Below are positions 9,857 through 19,567 of a stretch of 64,000 bases of DNA, one piece after another (the stretch's first letter is position 1; each line of letters opens with the position of its first letter). The DNA is from Spirochaetae bacterium HGW-Spirochaetae-3 (GTDB lineage: Bacteria > Spirochaetota > Spirochaetia > Treponematales > UBA12059). A model generated the notes under the pieces. The model was not told the DNA's origin and did no database searches. It worked only from the letters and a program-made list of their open reading frames with translations. The DNA lies in NCBI GenBank assembly GCA_002839315.1, contig PGXV01000005.1, positions 155,269 through 219,268 of the forward strand. The letters run 5' to 3'. The position numbers and the translations under genes were made by a program.

Positions 9857-10905
9857 GGGCGGCCTCCGTTCCGGGCGGAGCCCTTGCGGCTGAGCAGCCC
9901 GATGAATCCGTCCCACGAGAACTCCTTGTTCCCCATGAGGCCTTTCTGCCGGTAGAGCACCACGATCATCAGTAGTATGGAGAATATAACCATCCGCAGG
10001 CCCGGTAACCCGTCCGTCTTGATGAACAGGAAATTCATCGGCATGTCGAGGAAGCGCAGCGCCTCCATCAGCACGGTAACGATTATCGCCCCGACTACCG
10101 ATCCCGTGATAGAGCCGTTCCCGCCGAGAACGACGATGAGCAGGATGTTGAAGGTGAGTATCAGCGTGAACATCTTGGGGTCTATCGTCGTTATCATGTG
10201 CCCGAGAAGCGCGCCGCCGACGCCGGCCATGAAGCTCGATATCACGAAGCTCGTCGACTTGACCTTGACCACGTTGACGCCCATCGCCTCGGCGGCTATC
10301 TCGTCGTCGCGCACCGCCTTCATGGTCCTGCCGTAGCTGGAGCGGACGAGCGCCAGCATGAACACGATCGAGAGCACCGCGCATGACCAGACGACCCAGG
10401 TCGTCGAGTATTTCGTTATTCCCTTGAGTCCCTGCGCTCCGTTGGTGATATTCTGCGTGTTGGTCAGGATGACGCGGATGATCTCGGCGAAGCCGAGCGT
10501 CGCTATGGCCAGGTAATCGTCGCGCAATCGTAGCGCCGGCACTCCGATGACCACGGCGACGAGGCCGGCGCAGGTTCCCGCCGCTATCAGGGCGAGGGGG
10601 AACGGTATCTGGAGCGTCGCGAGGATCGGGACGATGGGCTCGAGGAAGAAGTTCATCTCCTTCTGGGCGGGGCTCATCGTCAATAGGGCGCTCACGTAGG
10701 CGCCGACGGCCATGAAGCCCGCGTGGCCTAGCGAGAAGAGCCCCGTGAACCCGTTAAGCAGGTTGAGGGACAGGGCGAGGATGATGTATATGGCCGAGAG
10801 GTTGAGGATACGGACGGTGAAGCGCCCGAGCGTCGCGTCGGCTAGCGTTACCGCGGCTATGACGACGACGCCCGCCGCTATCGAAAGCATGGTGTTTCGT
10901 TTCAT
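9853..10905 (-). CDS. livM: Branched-chain amino acid ABC permease
   Basis: GFTGLFSLGHAGF, LRLRDDYLAIATLGFAEI, AVRDDEIAAEAMG. Confidence 0.92.
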   Translation of the reverse strand: MKRNTMLSIAAGVVVIAAVTLADATLGRFTVRILNLSAIYIILALSLNLLNGFTGLFSLGHAGFMAVGAYVSALLTMSPAQKEMNFFLEPIVPILATLQIPFPLALIAAGTCAGLVAVVIGVPALRLRDDYLAIATLGFAEIIRVILTNTQNITNGAQGLKGITKYSTTWVVWSCAVLSIVFMLALVRSSYGRTMKAVRDDEIAAEAMGVNVVKVKSTSFVISSFMAGVGGALLGHMITTIDPKMFTLILTFNILLIVVLGGNGSITGSVVGAIIVTVLMEALRFLDMPMNFLFIKTDGLPGLRMVIFSILLMIVVLYRQKGLMGNKEFSWDGFIGLLSRKGSARNGGRP

Positions 10906-10908
10906 GGG

Positions 10909-11802
10909 TTACACCTTGACCGTCTGGTTCTTGCCCAGGAGGCCTGATGGCTTCGCCAGGAGAACGGCGATGAGGAGCACGAAAGCGAACGCGTCGCGAT
11001 ACCCGGTGAGCTCCGGCAGGAAGGCGACGATCATGATCTCGATGAAGCCGAGGAGGAATCCGCCGAGGACCGCGCCCTGTATGTTGCCGATGCCGCCGAT
11101 GACTGCGGCTATGAAGCACTTTAGGCCGGGCATGAATCCCATGAGGGGGTTGAGCTGCGGGTACTTCATCGTCCACATGATGCCGCCGATCCCGGCGAGT
11201 ATCGAGCCTATGCCGAAGGTCATCGAAATCGTCTTGTTGACGTCGATGGCCATCAGTCGCGCGGCGTCGAGATCCGTGGAGACCGCGCGCATCGCGAGGC
11301 CGGTCTTGGTGCCGTTCACCATCCACAGCAGCGCCGCGAGGATAGCGGCGGTTACCACCGGGATGAACAGGCTGACGGACAGTACCGAGACCGAGCCTAG
11401 GTGAATGACCGTATCGAATAGCGGTATGCTGGGGAAGCTTTTGGGCCTTCCGCCGAACAGCACGATGCCGACGTTCTCTATGAGGAACGAGGCCCCGATA
11501 GCGCTGATCATTATCGATATCTTCGGAGAGTCGCGGAGAGGCCTATAGGCTACGCGTTCTAGCCCGATGCCGAATAGGCCGGTGAGCCCGATCGCCACGA
11601 TGAAGGCGATGCCCCAGGGCATCGCGAGAGCCGTAACGGCGTAGAAGGCGAAATATGCGCCAAGCATGAACACGTCGCCATGCGCGAAATTAATGAGCCT
11701 GAGGATGCCGTATACCATCGTATAGCCGATGGCTATCAAGGCATAGAGGCTTCCGAGGCTCAGGGCGTTTGCCACTTGCTGGAAGAAGGTCGCTATGTCC
11801 AT
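10909..11802 (-). CDS. livH: Branched-chain amino acid ABC permease
   Basis: GSLYALIAIGYTMVYGILRLINFAHG, GGIGNIQGA, KPSGLLG. Confidence 0.92.
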   Translation of the reverse strand: MDIATFFQQVANALSLGSLYALIAIGYTMVYGILRLINFAHGDVFMLGAYFAFYAVTALAMPWGIAFIVAIGLTGLFGIGLERVAYRPLRDSPKISIMISAIGASFLIENVGIVLFGGRPKSFPSIPLFDTVIHLGSVSVLSVSLFIPVVTAAILAALLWMVNGTKTGLAMRAVSTDLDAARLMAIDVNKTISMTFGIGSILAGIGGIMWTMKYPQLNPLMGFMPGLKCFIAAVIGGIGNIQGAVLGGFLLGFIEIMIVAFLPELTGYRDAFAFVLLIAVLLAKPSGLLGKNQTVKV

Positions 11803-11942
11803 CGTCGTAGGTCCTTGTGCCCTAGGCGGGCGCGCTCTTGAAGGAGAGGAACGCCCGCGGCCTTAGGCGCGTGTACCGGCCTGCCGGTCGCGGGCGCTCC
11901 GCGCGGTTCCAGAACGGAACCGCGCGATGGATGCTCAAACCG

Positions 11943-13117
11943 TCAGGGATTGATGGTCGTCTTGTAGACGAACTTGCCGTCCTTGACTTCCTTGATGACC
12001 GCGCTCTTGATCGGGTCTCCGTTGGCGTCGAGCGTGACGTAGCCGGCCGCGCCGGCGAAGCCCTTCGTCGCGGCGATGGCGTCGCGGATCTTCAGCGGGT
12101 CGAGGCTGTCGGCGCGCTTGATCGCGTCTATCGCGAGGAGGTACCCGTCGAAGCCGAGCACGGCGGTTCCGGAGGGCAGCTTGCCGTACTTCTTCTGGTA
12201 TGACTCGACGAAGACCTTGGACAACGGGGTAAGCGGGGCGTCGTTGTCGAAGAACGCCGACATCACGGCGCCCTCTACTGCCTGCTTGCCCACGTTGATG
12301 AACTCCGCGATTTCCCAGGTGTCGCCGCCGAGGAAGGGCGCGGTAATGCCGAGCTCCCTGGCCTGCTTTATGATGAGCGCGCTCTCCGTGTAGTTGCCCG
12401 GGGCGAAGATCACGTCCGGCTTCAGGCTCTTGACCTGGGTCAGCTGGGCCGAGAAGTCCTGGTCGTTGGTGTTGTAGTGTTGTAGTTAAGTTCCGCGAGG
12501 ATGGCGTCCTGGTCGCCGGTCAGCGCCTTGAAGCTGTCGACGAAGAATTTTGCCAGGCCTACGGAGTAATCGTTCGAGATCTCTCTGATGATCACGGCCT
12601 TGCGCGCCTTGACTTCCTTGAACGCGTAGTTGGCCATGACGGTGCCCTGGAAGGGATCGAGGAAGCATACGCGGAAGTAGAAATCGTTGTCCTTGGTTAC
12701 GAGCGGATTGGTGCACGACAGCCCGATAGCCGGTATCTTGGCGTCCTTGAAGATCGGTCCCGCCGCCATGGAGAGGCCGGAGCCCCATGATCCCAGCACT
12801 ACCTGTACCTTGTCGCTGTCGACTAGGCGCTGGCCGGCGTTGGCGGATTCGACCTTGTCCGACTTATTATCGGCGATGGCAAGCTCTATCTTGTATTCCT
12901 TGCCTCCGACCGTAACGGTCGGGTAGAGTTCCTGGGCCAGACGAATGCCGTCCAGTTCCTCGGCTCCGCCCGCTGCGTTGGCCCCGGTCAGGGGTTCGAA
13001 AACGCCGAACTTGACGACGCTTGAATCCGCTTTCGTCTCGGCTTTCGCGCATCCTGCGAAGGCTACTACGGCTACGATGGCGACGAGAGCCGCGATAATG
13101 ACTGCTGCTTTCCTCAT
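11943..13117 (-). pseudogene. LivJ/LivK-type substrate-binding lipoprotein, frameshifted
   Basis: Split into ORFs 12440-13117 and 11943-12413. TGTTGTAG is duplicated at 12470-12485; removing one copy restores ELNYNTNDQDFSAQLTQVKSLKPDVIF. Confidence 0.8.
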
Positions 13118-13341
13118 TCCTGTTCCTCCTTGGCACATACTAGGCATGATACTACCTAGAGTGGCGCCGTATCATCCTAGAAAAGCTTTACCTTGTTGTC
13201 AAACTATTTCTATATAAAGCATTGTATTTATGTTGTAGATTGCGATAGAGAATTCTATTGACAAGAGGACTATGATACGGCTAATTTTATCAGTCGTTTC
13301 ATTTTATGCAATTTTTGTTTTTACTGTAGAAACGTGGGGAT

Positions 13342-14169
13342 ATGAGCGAGTCGGCGATAAAAGCATTCGAATTACTTTTTCATCTTGCCAGGGTTGGGAG
13401 TACCTCCCTCGCTCGGCTGTCCCGTGATACGGGATGGGACAAGGCCACTGCATTGCGGTATCTCAACGCGATGGAGAAGAAGGGCGTCGTAGAGCGAAGG
13501 GAAGGCGATTGGACGCTCGGCCTAGCCTTGCTCGAATTGGCTAGTCACGTTCCCGTTACCGAGAATATCGCCAATAGGGTCAAGCCCGTGCTCGCCGAAC
13601 TCGCGAAGGCGACCGGCGAGACGGCTAACCTATCCGCGCTCGTCGGCGCCGATAGCATGTATCTCGTCAAGGCTGACGGCGGCAGGGCCCTGCGGCTCCG
13701 ATCCAACCCCGGAGATCGCCTGCCGCTGTATTGCACGGCCGGCGGCAAGTGCATCCTGTCCAGGATGCCGGCGCCCTTGCGCCTCCAGTATATCGCCGAG
13801 ACCCATTTCGCCGCCGTCGCCACTAAGACGATCATCGACCCGCAGAAGCTGGCCGAGGAAATCGAGCGGACGATACGCCGAGGATGGGCCATAGACGACG
13901 AGGAGCTGGAACCGGGACTGATTTGCTACGCCATGCCCCTTGACCTGCCGCGCTACGGATTCTCAGGGGCGGTAAGCGTCTCCGGCCCCTCAGGCAGGAT
14001 GGTGCAGGCGCAGGAAGAGATCCTCGCGGCGTTGCGCTGGGCTACGATAGGCCTGCAGGAAGAACTCGGCGGGCTTATCGGGGAGGACGAACCCCAGCTC
14101 TTCGGGCCCGGTAGAGGCGGCTTCAAGAGCACCGACTGGCATCGTCCCGGTTCCGAAGTATACGAGTGA
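13342..14169 (+). CDS. IclR family regulator
   Basis: N-terminal HTH, GETANL, LPLYCTAGGK, GWAIDDEELEPG, AVSVSGP. Confidence 0.9.
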   Translation: MSESAIKAFELLFHLARVGSTSLARLSRDTGWDKATALRYLNAMEKKGVVERREGDWTLGLALLELASHVPVTENIANRVKPVLAELAKATGETANLSALVGADSMYLVKADGGRALRLRSNPGDRLPLYCTAGGKCILSRMPAPLRLQYIAETHFAAVATKTIIDPQKLAEEIERTIRRGWAIDDEELEPGLICYAMPLDLPRYGFSGAVSVSGPSGRMVQAQEEILAALRWATIGLQEELGGLIGEDEPQLFGPGRGGFKSTDWHRPGSEVYE

Positions 14170-14363
14170 CGGTCGCCGTCATCGAGAGGGCTCGCTGCGT
14201 GACGTGCGGACGCTGCTCCTCGGCGTGCCCGAACGGGACCATATCAATCGACGGTGATTCATGCGTCGTTGACGAGTCGGCCTGCGTTGGATGCGAGACC
14301 TGCGTTCCGGTTTGCCGCACGTTCGCCATTACGATGCGACCCGTCGCCCGGGCCGAGGCGTAG
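14166..14363 (+). CDS. 2x[4Fe-4S] ferredoxin
   Basis: CVTCGRCSSACP and CVGCETCVPVC motifs. Confidence 0.85.
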   Translation: MTVAVIERARCVTCGRCSSACPNGTISIDGDSCVVDESACVGCETCVPVCRTFAITMRPVARAEA

Positions 14364-14388
14364 GACTTCCTCGGCCCGGACGCGGGGA

Positions 14389-14781
14389 TCAGAATACCGC
14401 CTCCGCGTTCGCCTCCTCGCTTGGGGCCTTTTCCTCCGCCGTCGCGCGCGCGTCGTCCTCGTCGCGTTTAAACACGGGTTTGAACTCCACGTGCTCCGCG
14501 ACGATCTTTATGCGCGCCTGCGTCTTGCCCGCGCCGTCTTCCCAGCGATCCTGCTTGAGGCGTCCTACGACGCGTACGCCGCGGCCCTTCTTCAGTATCT
14601 CGCCGCAGGTCTGCGCCAGTTTCGACCACGCTTCGACTTCGAAGAACGATACTTCTTTCTCGGTCTGCTCGTTCTGCCTGTAGAACCTGTTCGACGCCAC
14701 CGCGAACGAGCAGACGTAGTTCCCGTTCGGGATGGTCTTGAGTTGCGGATCCCGTACGAGATTGCCCTCGATGATAATCAA
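14389..14781 (-). CDS. ssb: Single-stranded DNA-binding protein, 3' body; native start removed by prophage, possible phage-supplied TTG start
   Basis: IIEGNLVRDP, FFEVEAW, KGRGVRVVGRLKQDRW, acidic tail ending in F. Confidence 0.88.
   Translation of the reverse strand: MIIIEGNLVRDPQLKTIPNGNYVCSFAVASNRFYRQNEQTEKEVSFFEVEAWSKLAQTCGEILKKGRGVRVVGRLKQDRWEDGAGKTQARIKIVAEHVEFKPVFKRDEDDARATAEEKAPSEEANAEAVF
14771..14775. other. Left attachment core (ATGAT)
   Basis: Same 5-mer at 45612-45616; abrupt GC-rich to AT-rich switch; splits ssb. Confidence 0.75.
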
Positions 14782-14829
14782 GTTGATTTATTCTTATGAA
14801 GAAGCCTATAATTTATTATAGGAGATTCC

Positions 14830-16416
14830 ATGATCGGTATCTACGTTCGCGTCTCAACTATACAGCAGAAAGACAACTACTCAACGGATGTTCAACGACA
14901 ACGGGGGATAGCGTTCGCGGAATCACGGGGCGAGCCATACACATTATACGACGAGGCGGCTTCGGCAGGGTCACTCGTACGCCCGGAGTTCCTTCGATTG
15001 CTCCATGACGTTGAGACCGATAAGGTTCATATCGTATGGGTAGTCGAATTCTCTCGCCTTACCAGAGATACCGAAGACGCCCTAGCCATCCGAAAGATAC
15101 TCGTTAAGCATAAAGCGCAAGTATTCGTTAACGATGTACCGATGGACTTATCCTCCCCAGAAGCCATTCTCTCATACAATATCAAATCCTCGGTCTCGGA
15201 ATATGAGCGATCAAACACTATTGCGAGGACTACTCGCTCCCGGAGACGTCAGATCGATGATGGCCATCAATCGTTCTCGTCGATCCTTGGATATGACTAT
15301 ACGTACCTCTCCACAGGGAAGAAGCAATGGGCTGTAAACGAGGCTGAGGCCGGTATCGTTCGGAAGATATTCACTCTTTACGGAGAGGGGTATTCGTATA
15401 TCAAGATCACGAACTTCTTGAATGATCACGGTTTTAGGACGAAGAGGAACAAAGCATTCACGATAACGACTATAGCGAAGATCCTTGACCATCCTGAATA
15501 CTTCGGACGGACTCACAATACAGCCGGGGAGCTAATCGAGTCGAAGATTTACCCTGCCATACTTGATCCTGAGCAATTCGGGGTACTTCAACAGCAGCAC
15601 CTACAACGGTCTACGAAGGCTATTCTATTCAGGGAAGCCAAGTCTGAGCTGTCAGGGATACTTAGATGTGCTCATTGTGACGCTCGGTACTACACTCACC
15701 GGGCTAAACCACTCACCCAAGCTAATCGTAGCGAGAATCTAATCACCTACTACAACCACTTACGTGAAAATACAGCTCAAAAGCAATGTAAAAACAAGCC
15801 AGTCTATATACGTAAGTCAACGATTGACGACTTCGTTTCATACTGTTATCGAGCGCATATACGGACAAAATCGCTCGTTAAGATGCTTATAGAGCAACGT
15901 GAGAAGGAATCTGTTCTGGCTGAGAAGGAGCTTGATGGCCAGGTCGTGACGATCAAAGCTCGAATCGAAGGGATAGAATCACGTCGTCAGAAGCTCATTG
16001 CCGGTATCGCAGAGGGTATCTATACCGTTGACGACATCCGAGTGAGCATTGAGAAGCTAAATAGTGAAAAAGTAGAGCAACAAACCGCGCTAAGCCGGAC
16101 AGAGAGTTCCCTACATGAGATGAGGCAAGATCTGGATGCGATGGTAGCCGCCTTCTCAGATCGGACTATAGAGGAGTATGAAAGCGCTGATGAACTGAAG
16201 CGCCGACGTATCTATCAGAACGTCATAAAATCGTTCGTTGTCGATGATCATTGGATACGATTGACGTTTATAACGGGGCGGGTTTACGAATGCCCTATAA
16301 AGCATATCCCACAGTACCTCAATGCGGTTCAAGCAATTGGTGAGACGAAAGGGTTTGAATCGAATCGGTATCGGTGGGGTGACCTCGCTATTGACAACAA
16401 TGCCTTTAAGAGATAA
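14830..16416 (+). CDS. Large serine recombinase (integrase)
   Basis: YVRVST catalytic motif, RPEFLRLL, SRLTR, recombinase domain, LSGILRCAHC zinc ribbon, coiled coil. Confidence 0.93.
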   Translation: MIGIYVRVSTIQQKDNYSTDVQRQRGIAFAESRGEPYTLYDEAASAGSLVRPEFLRLLHDVETDKVHIVWVVEFSRLTRDTEDALAIRKILVKHKAQVFVNDVPMDLSSPEAILSYNIKSSVSEYERSNTIARTTRSRRRQIDDGHQSFSSILGYDYTYLSTGKKQWAVNEAEAGIVRKIFTLYGEGYSYIKITNFLNDHGFRTKRNKAFTITTIAKILDHPEYFGRTHNTAGELIESKIYPAILDPEQFGVLQQQHLQRSTKAILFREAKSELSGILRCAHCDARYYTHRAKPLTQANRSENLITYYNHLRENTAQKQCKNKPVYIRKSTIDDFVSYCYRAHIRTKSLVKMLIEQREKESVLAEKELDGQVVTIKARIEGIESRRQKLIAGIAEGIYTVDDIRVSIEKLNSEKVEQQTALSRTESSLHEMRQDLDAMVAAFSDRTIEEYESADELKRRRIYQNVIKSFVVDDHWIRLTFITGRVYECPIKHIPQYLNAVQAIGETKGFESNRYRWGDLAIDNNAFKR

Positions 16417-16419
16417 AAT
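16391..16419 (+). promoter_or_regulatory. Sigma70-type promoter for the PadR gene
   Basis: TTGACA-17 nt-TAAAAT. Confidence 0.7.
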
Positions 16420-16456
16420 CCGGATAAATAAGTCTGTTAAGTCTCGGGAGTAAGTA

Positions 16457-17029
16457 ATGGCAACAAAAGATTCTGTCTTAGCTCTTTTAAGCATCGAGGC
16501 ATCCACAGGCTATGAGTTGAAGAAACGATTATCGGATTCACCAGCATTTTCTTGGGTCGAAAGCAGCCAAGTGTATAAAGTTCTAGACAGCTTTCAAAAA
16601 GAAGGTCTAGCAGAGGTTGAGGTTGATACGAGTAACGATCTTGGACGGAAGAAGTATAGCATCACTCCAAAGGGTGAGTTCCAGGTTAAGTTGTGGCTTG
16701 AGGATAAGCCCGAGCTTCCTGAGATCAAAAACATATTCCAGCAGAAGATTGTGATTGCAGCAGCCAAGAATGAATATTCATTGGCTCAGGAAATTACTCG
16801 AGACTACAGGGATAGCTTGTTAGCCGAGATCAAGGTTGAAATCCAAAAGCAAAAACGTATAGAGAAAATTCGATCATCCGATGAAGATTTCGGAGATGTT
16901 TCTTCCTTTCCGAAGCCAAGAAAGCATTTTCAAGACGCCATTCCAGATGCAGTGAGTTCTTATCGCTTGGATATGTTACAAGCAGAGCTACAGTGGGTCG
17001 AAAAAATCCAACAATCTCTCGGTATTTAA
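16457..17029 (+). CDS. PadR family regulator (candidate prophage repressor)
   Basis: LALLS..ASTGYELKK, SQVYKVL, GRKKYSITPKG, C-terminal helical AELQW segment. Confidence 0.8.
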   Translation: MATKDSVLALLSIEASTGYELKKRLSDSPAFSWVESSQVYKVLDSFQKEGLAEVEVDTSNDLGRKKYSITPKGEFQVKLWLEDKPELPEIKNIFQQKIVIAAAKNEYSLAQEITRDYRDSLLAEIKVEIQKQKRIEKIRSSDEDFGDVSSFPKPRKHFQDAIPDAVSSYRLDMLQAELQWVEKIQQSLGI

Positions 17030-17144
17030 TCCACTAGCGTTTATTGGGTAGAAAACCCTGTTAATTAATTTGTGCGATTTGTCTTGACAAACAAACGAAA
17101 ATATCCGAATATATTAGTATGTACAATGAACACAGGAGGAATTG

Positions 17145-17891
17145 ATGGCAAAGAACAACGCAGGCGACATTCTCACAGGCGACTGGAACCCAATAATCGG
17201 ATGCGAGAAGTATTCGGAAGGATGTCGGGGTTGCTGGTACCTCTCCGGTATCTTCCCGTGGCAACAGCGTCTTGGAAACATCCCTGCTGACGTGCTACCC
17301 GGTGAACATCACGTCTTCGAGAAGAGGATGTGTCCGGCCTCGCTCAAGCTTAAAGGAGGGATAGTCGGCGTAGTACAACACGGAGACCTGTTCTGGGATC
17401 AGGTGCCGGACGCAACCATCAACCGTGTCCTCTCTATCATCGAGCAGGTCGCCTATCAGAAGCGAATAATGCCGAGGTATATGCTCTGGACGAAGCGGGC
17501 TGAGAGGATGGCACGTATCCTTCTCGAACGGTATCCCGACGGGCTTCCTGAATATCTCGCTGTGGCTGTATCAGTTGAGAATCAGGCTTGCGCCGATGAG
17601 CGACTTCCTCATCTTCTCAAGATGACGGGCACCCGGATCATCATGATCGAACCGATGCTTGGCCCAATCACCCTATCGAAGTACCTCCCTGTCGAATGGG
17701 TCGTCGTTGGTTCTGAAACCGGAGCCAATCCACGACCAATAGATACCCGCTGGGTCTCTGCCGTCCGGGATGAAGTTAAAGCCCAGGGTATCCCGTTTTT
17801 CGTTAAGCAGCTCGGAACGAGCCATAAGCAGTCTATCCGAGTACTCGATGGCCGGGAGTGGAATGAGTTCCCGAGGGGATTCGTAAAGTAG
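17145..17891 (+). CDS. DUF5131 / phage Gp37Gp68 family protein
   Basis: WNPIIGCEKYSEGCRGCW, GDLF, TKRAERM, VSVENQ, EPMLG, WVVVGSETG, PFFVKQ, LDGREWNEFP; GGAGG RBS. Confidence 0.85.
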   Translation: MAKNNAGDILTGDWNPIIGCEKYSEGCRGCWYLSGIFPWQQRLGNIPADVLPGEHHVFEKRMCPASLKLKGGIVGVVQHGDLFWDQVPDATINRVLSIIEQVAYQKRIMPRYMLWTKRAERMARILLERYPDGLPEYLAVAVSVENQACADERLPHLLKMTGTRIIMIEPMLGPITLSKYLPVEWVVVGSETGANPRPIDTRWVSAVRDEVKAQGIPFFVKQLGTSHKQSIRVLDGREWNEFPRGFVK

Positions 17892-18076
17892 ATACGAATT
17901 TTCCGATAATTTGCCTCTCGCTCTTTATATTCAGATTAAACAACGGCGCTAAACACCTCTATAACCGTTTGCCGCTAAACCTATGTTCTTTGACATAACC
18001 CATTTCAATCATTTTGTTTATAAAAAATATAAACAAATCACCATAGCTATGCCCTGCGGGGCAGAAGGAGGGCAGG

Positions 18077-18283
18077 ATGCCCAGTAAGTTTTATCTATGC
18101 AAGGTCCTATTCGAGGACATCGAAAACGGCTTCGGGAATGTCTGTGCGACGGCACGAGTAGAGGCTTTTCTCCCCGATGACGTGGTTCAAAAAGAAGGGG
18201 ACTTCAACGGTCCGACACTGGTCTTCCCGGCCGAAGTTACGAAAGGAGAATACGACGACTTTAAGGACGGCTGTTACTTCTAA
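18077..18283 (+). CDS. Hypothetical phage protein
   Basis: AAGGAGG RBS; 68 aa acidic ORF. Confidence 0.6.
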   Translation: MPSKFYLCKVLFEDIENGFGNVCATARVEAFLPDDVVQKEGDFNGPTLVFPAEVTKGEYDDFKDGCYF

Positions 18284-18318
18284 CAAAATAATGCTCTACA
18301 GAGCAGAAGGAGGCCAAT

Positions 18319-18573
18319 ATGGCTACTGAGACTATCTCTCTCATGGATGCGGAGGCGTACGACGCTTTCGTCTTATCACTCATCGATGGAGATGGAGCGT
18401 TTCACTTACGCCCGTCATACATCGAAGTTCTCCCTGGAAGTGGAGCGATCAACTTCATGGAAGGAGAGGTTGGAGCAGACGATGCCGGAGCAATCATCGA
18501 AGTCGATGAGGGTTCTGTAAAGAGCGTTGGGTACTATCCGGCAGAGAGGCGGATATTCCTGACCTTCGAGTAA
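18319..18573 (+). CDS. Hypothetical phage protein
   Basis: AAGGAGG RBS; 84 aa acidic ORF. Confidence 0.65.
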   Translation: MATETISLMDAEAYDAFVLSLIDGDGAFHLRPSYIEVLPGSGAINFMEGEVGADDAGAIIEVDEGSVKSVGYYPAERRIFLTFE

Positions 18574-18645
18574 GGAATAATTCATGAGGATTAGCCGCTC
18601 GTTATGAGCGGGCGGCTTCTATATAAAATAAGAATAAGGAGATGA

Positions 18646-19272
18646 ATGAAAATGACCAGTAATTCAAACATCAGGTTCACCGTCACAGTGGACAAACCCA
18701 GCGTAGAGCTTAATAAGGCTCTTATCGAGTTCAGTGACTCATACACGGTAACGGAATACGTTAAAGAGGTGCTGAACGATAACTACGACAGCACAATACG
18801 TGTTCTCAAGAGTATAAGCTTGAGTAATCCATCTTACCTGATCCGGGTTAGCCACGATACGGGCGACGGAATAATCAGGGCTAAATACTTTAAGGATGGT
18901 CACTACGCTAAGGCAGACGGATCGGTAAATCGCAGTCTGACTCGTTTTAAGATTCGGGTCACAGGGGCGACGAAGAAAGAGATGACGGATATCTATCTTC
19001 GATTGAGGGTGTATGACTTCGGCGGAAACTTCGGCGTTACTGAGTCGAACAGGCAGAGTAAGTGGCTTGCTCGCGCGGATAGAGGAAGGATAGGAGAAGC
19101 AGCATTCAAGATCGACGTGATCAGCCAGAAGTACTTCAAAAATACGATAATGCGGCTCTTGAAAAAGTACCCATCGTGTACGTTTACCGTTATCGAGGAA
19201 CAACAGATCGATGTGGTTGAATCACTGACGAGAGTCGCCGCGACTGTGACGACTGAGTACCGAGCCGCGTAA
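18646..19272 (+). CDS. Hypothetical phage protein
   Basis: AAGGAG RBS; 208 aa. Confidence 0.7.
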   Translation: MKMTSNSNIRFTVTVDKPSVELNKALIEFSDSYTVTEYVKEVLNDNYDSTIRVLKSISLSNPSYLIRVSHDTGDGIIRAKYFKDGHYAKADGSVNRSLTRFKIRVTGATKKEMTDIYLRLRVYDFGGNFGVTESNRQSKWLARADRGRIGEAAFKIDVISQKYFKNTIMRLLKKYPSCTFTVIEEQQIDVVESLTRVAATVTTEYRAA

Positions 19273-19330
19273 CTACACAAGCCACCTCTCCGGGGGCGGT
19301 AATAATCAAACGAAAAACAAGGAGAACAAT

Positions 19331-19567
19331 ATGGCTGGAACGAGGACGAAGAAATCCGTCGAGTCCCTAGAGCAGAAGATTGAGGCTCTCACACTTGAAA
19401 AGGCGCGACTTGCTGAACTTAACGTAGAGAAAGAGCCTATGAAGGCCGCCTATGCTGAGAAGAAAGCTCAGATGAAAGTTCTAGAGGGAGAGATGAAAAT
19501 GATGAGAGACGAGTTCAAGAGCAAGTACAAAGAATCACTAGAGCCAAGAGGAGTAAAGACAGTATGA
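19331..19567 (+). CDS. Hypothetical coiled-coil phage protein
   Basis: AAGGAG RBS; K/E-rich heptads. Confidence 0.65.
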   Translation: MAGTRTKKSVESLEQKIEALTLEKARLAELNVEKEPMKAAYAEKKAQMKVLEGEMKMMRDEFKSKYKESLEPRGVKTV

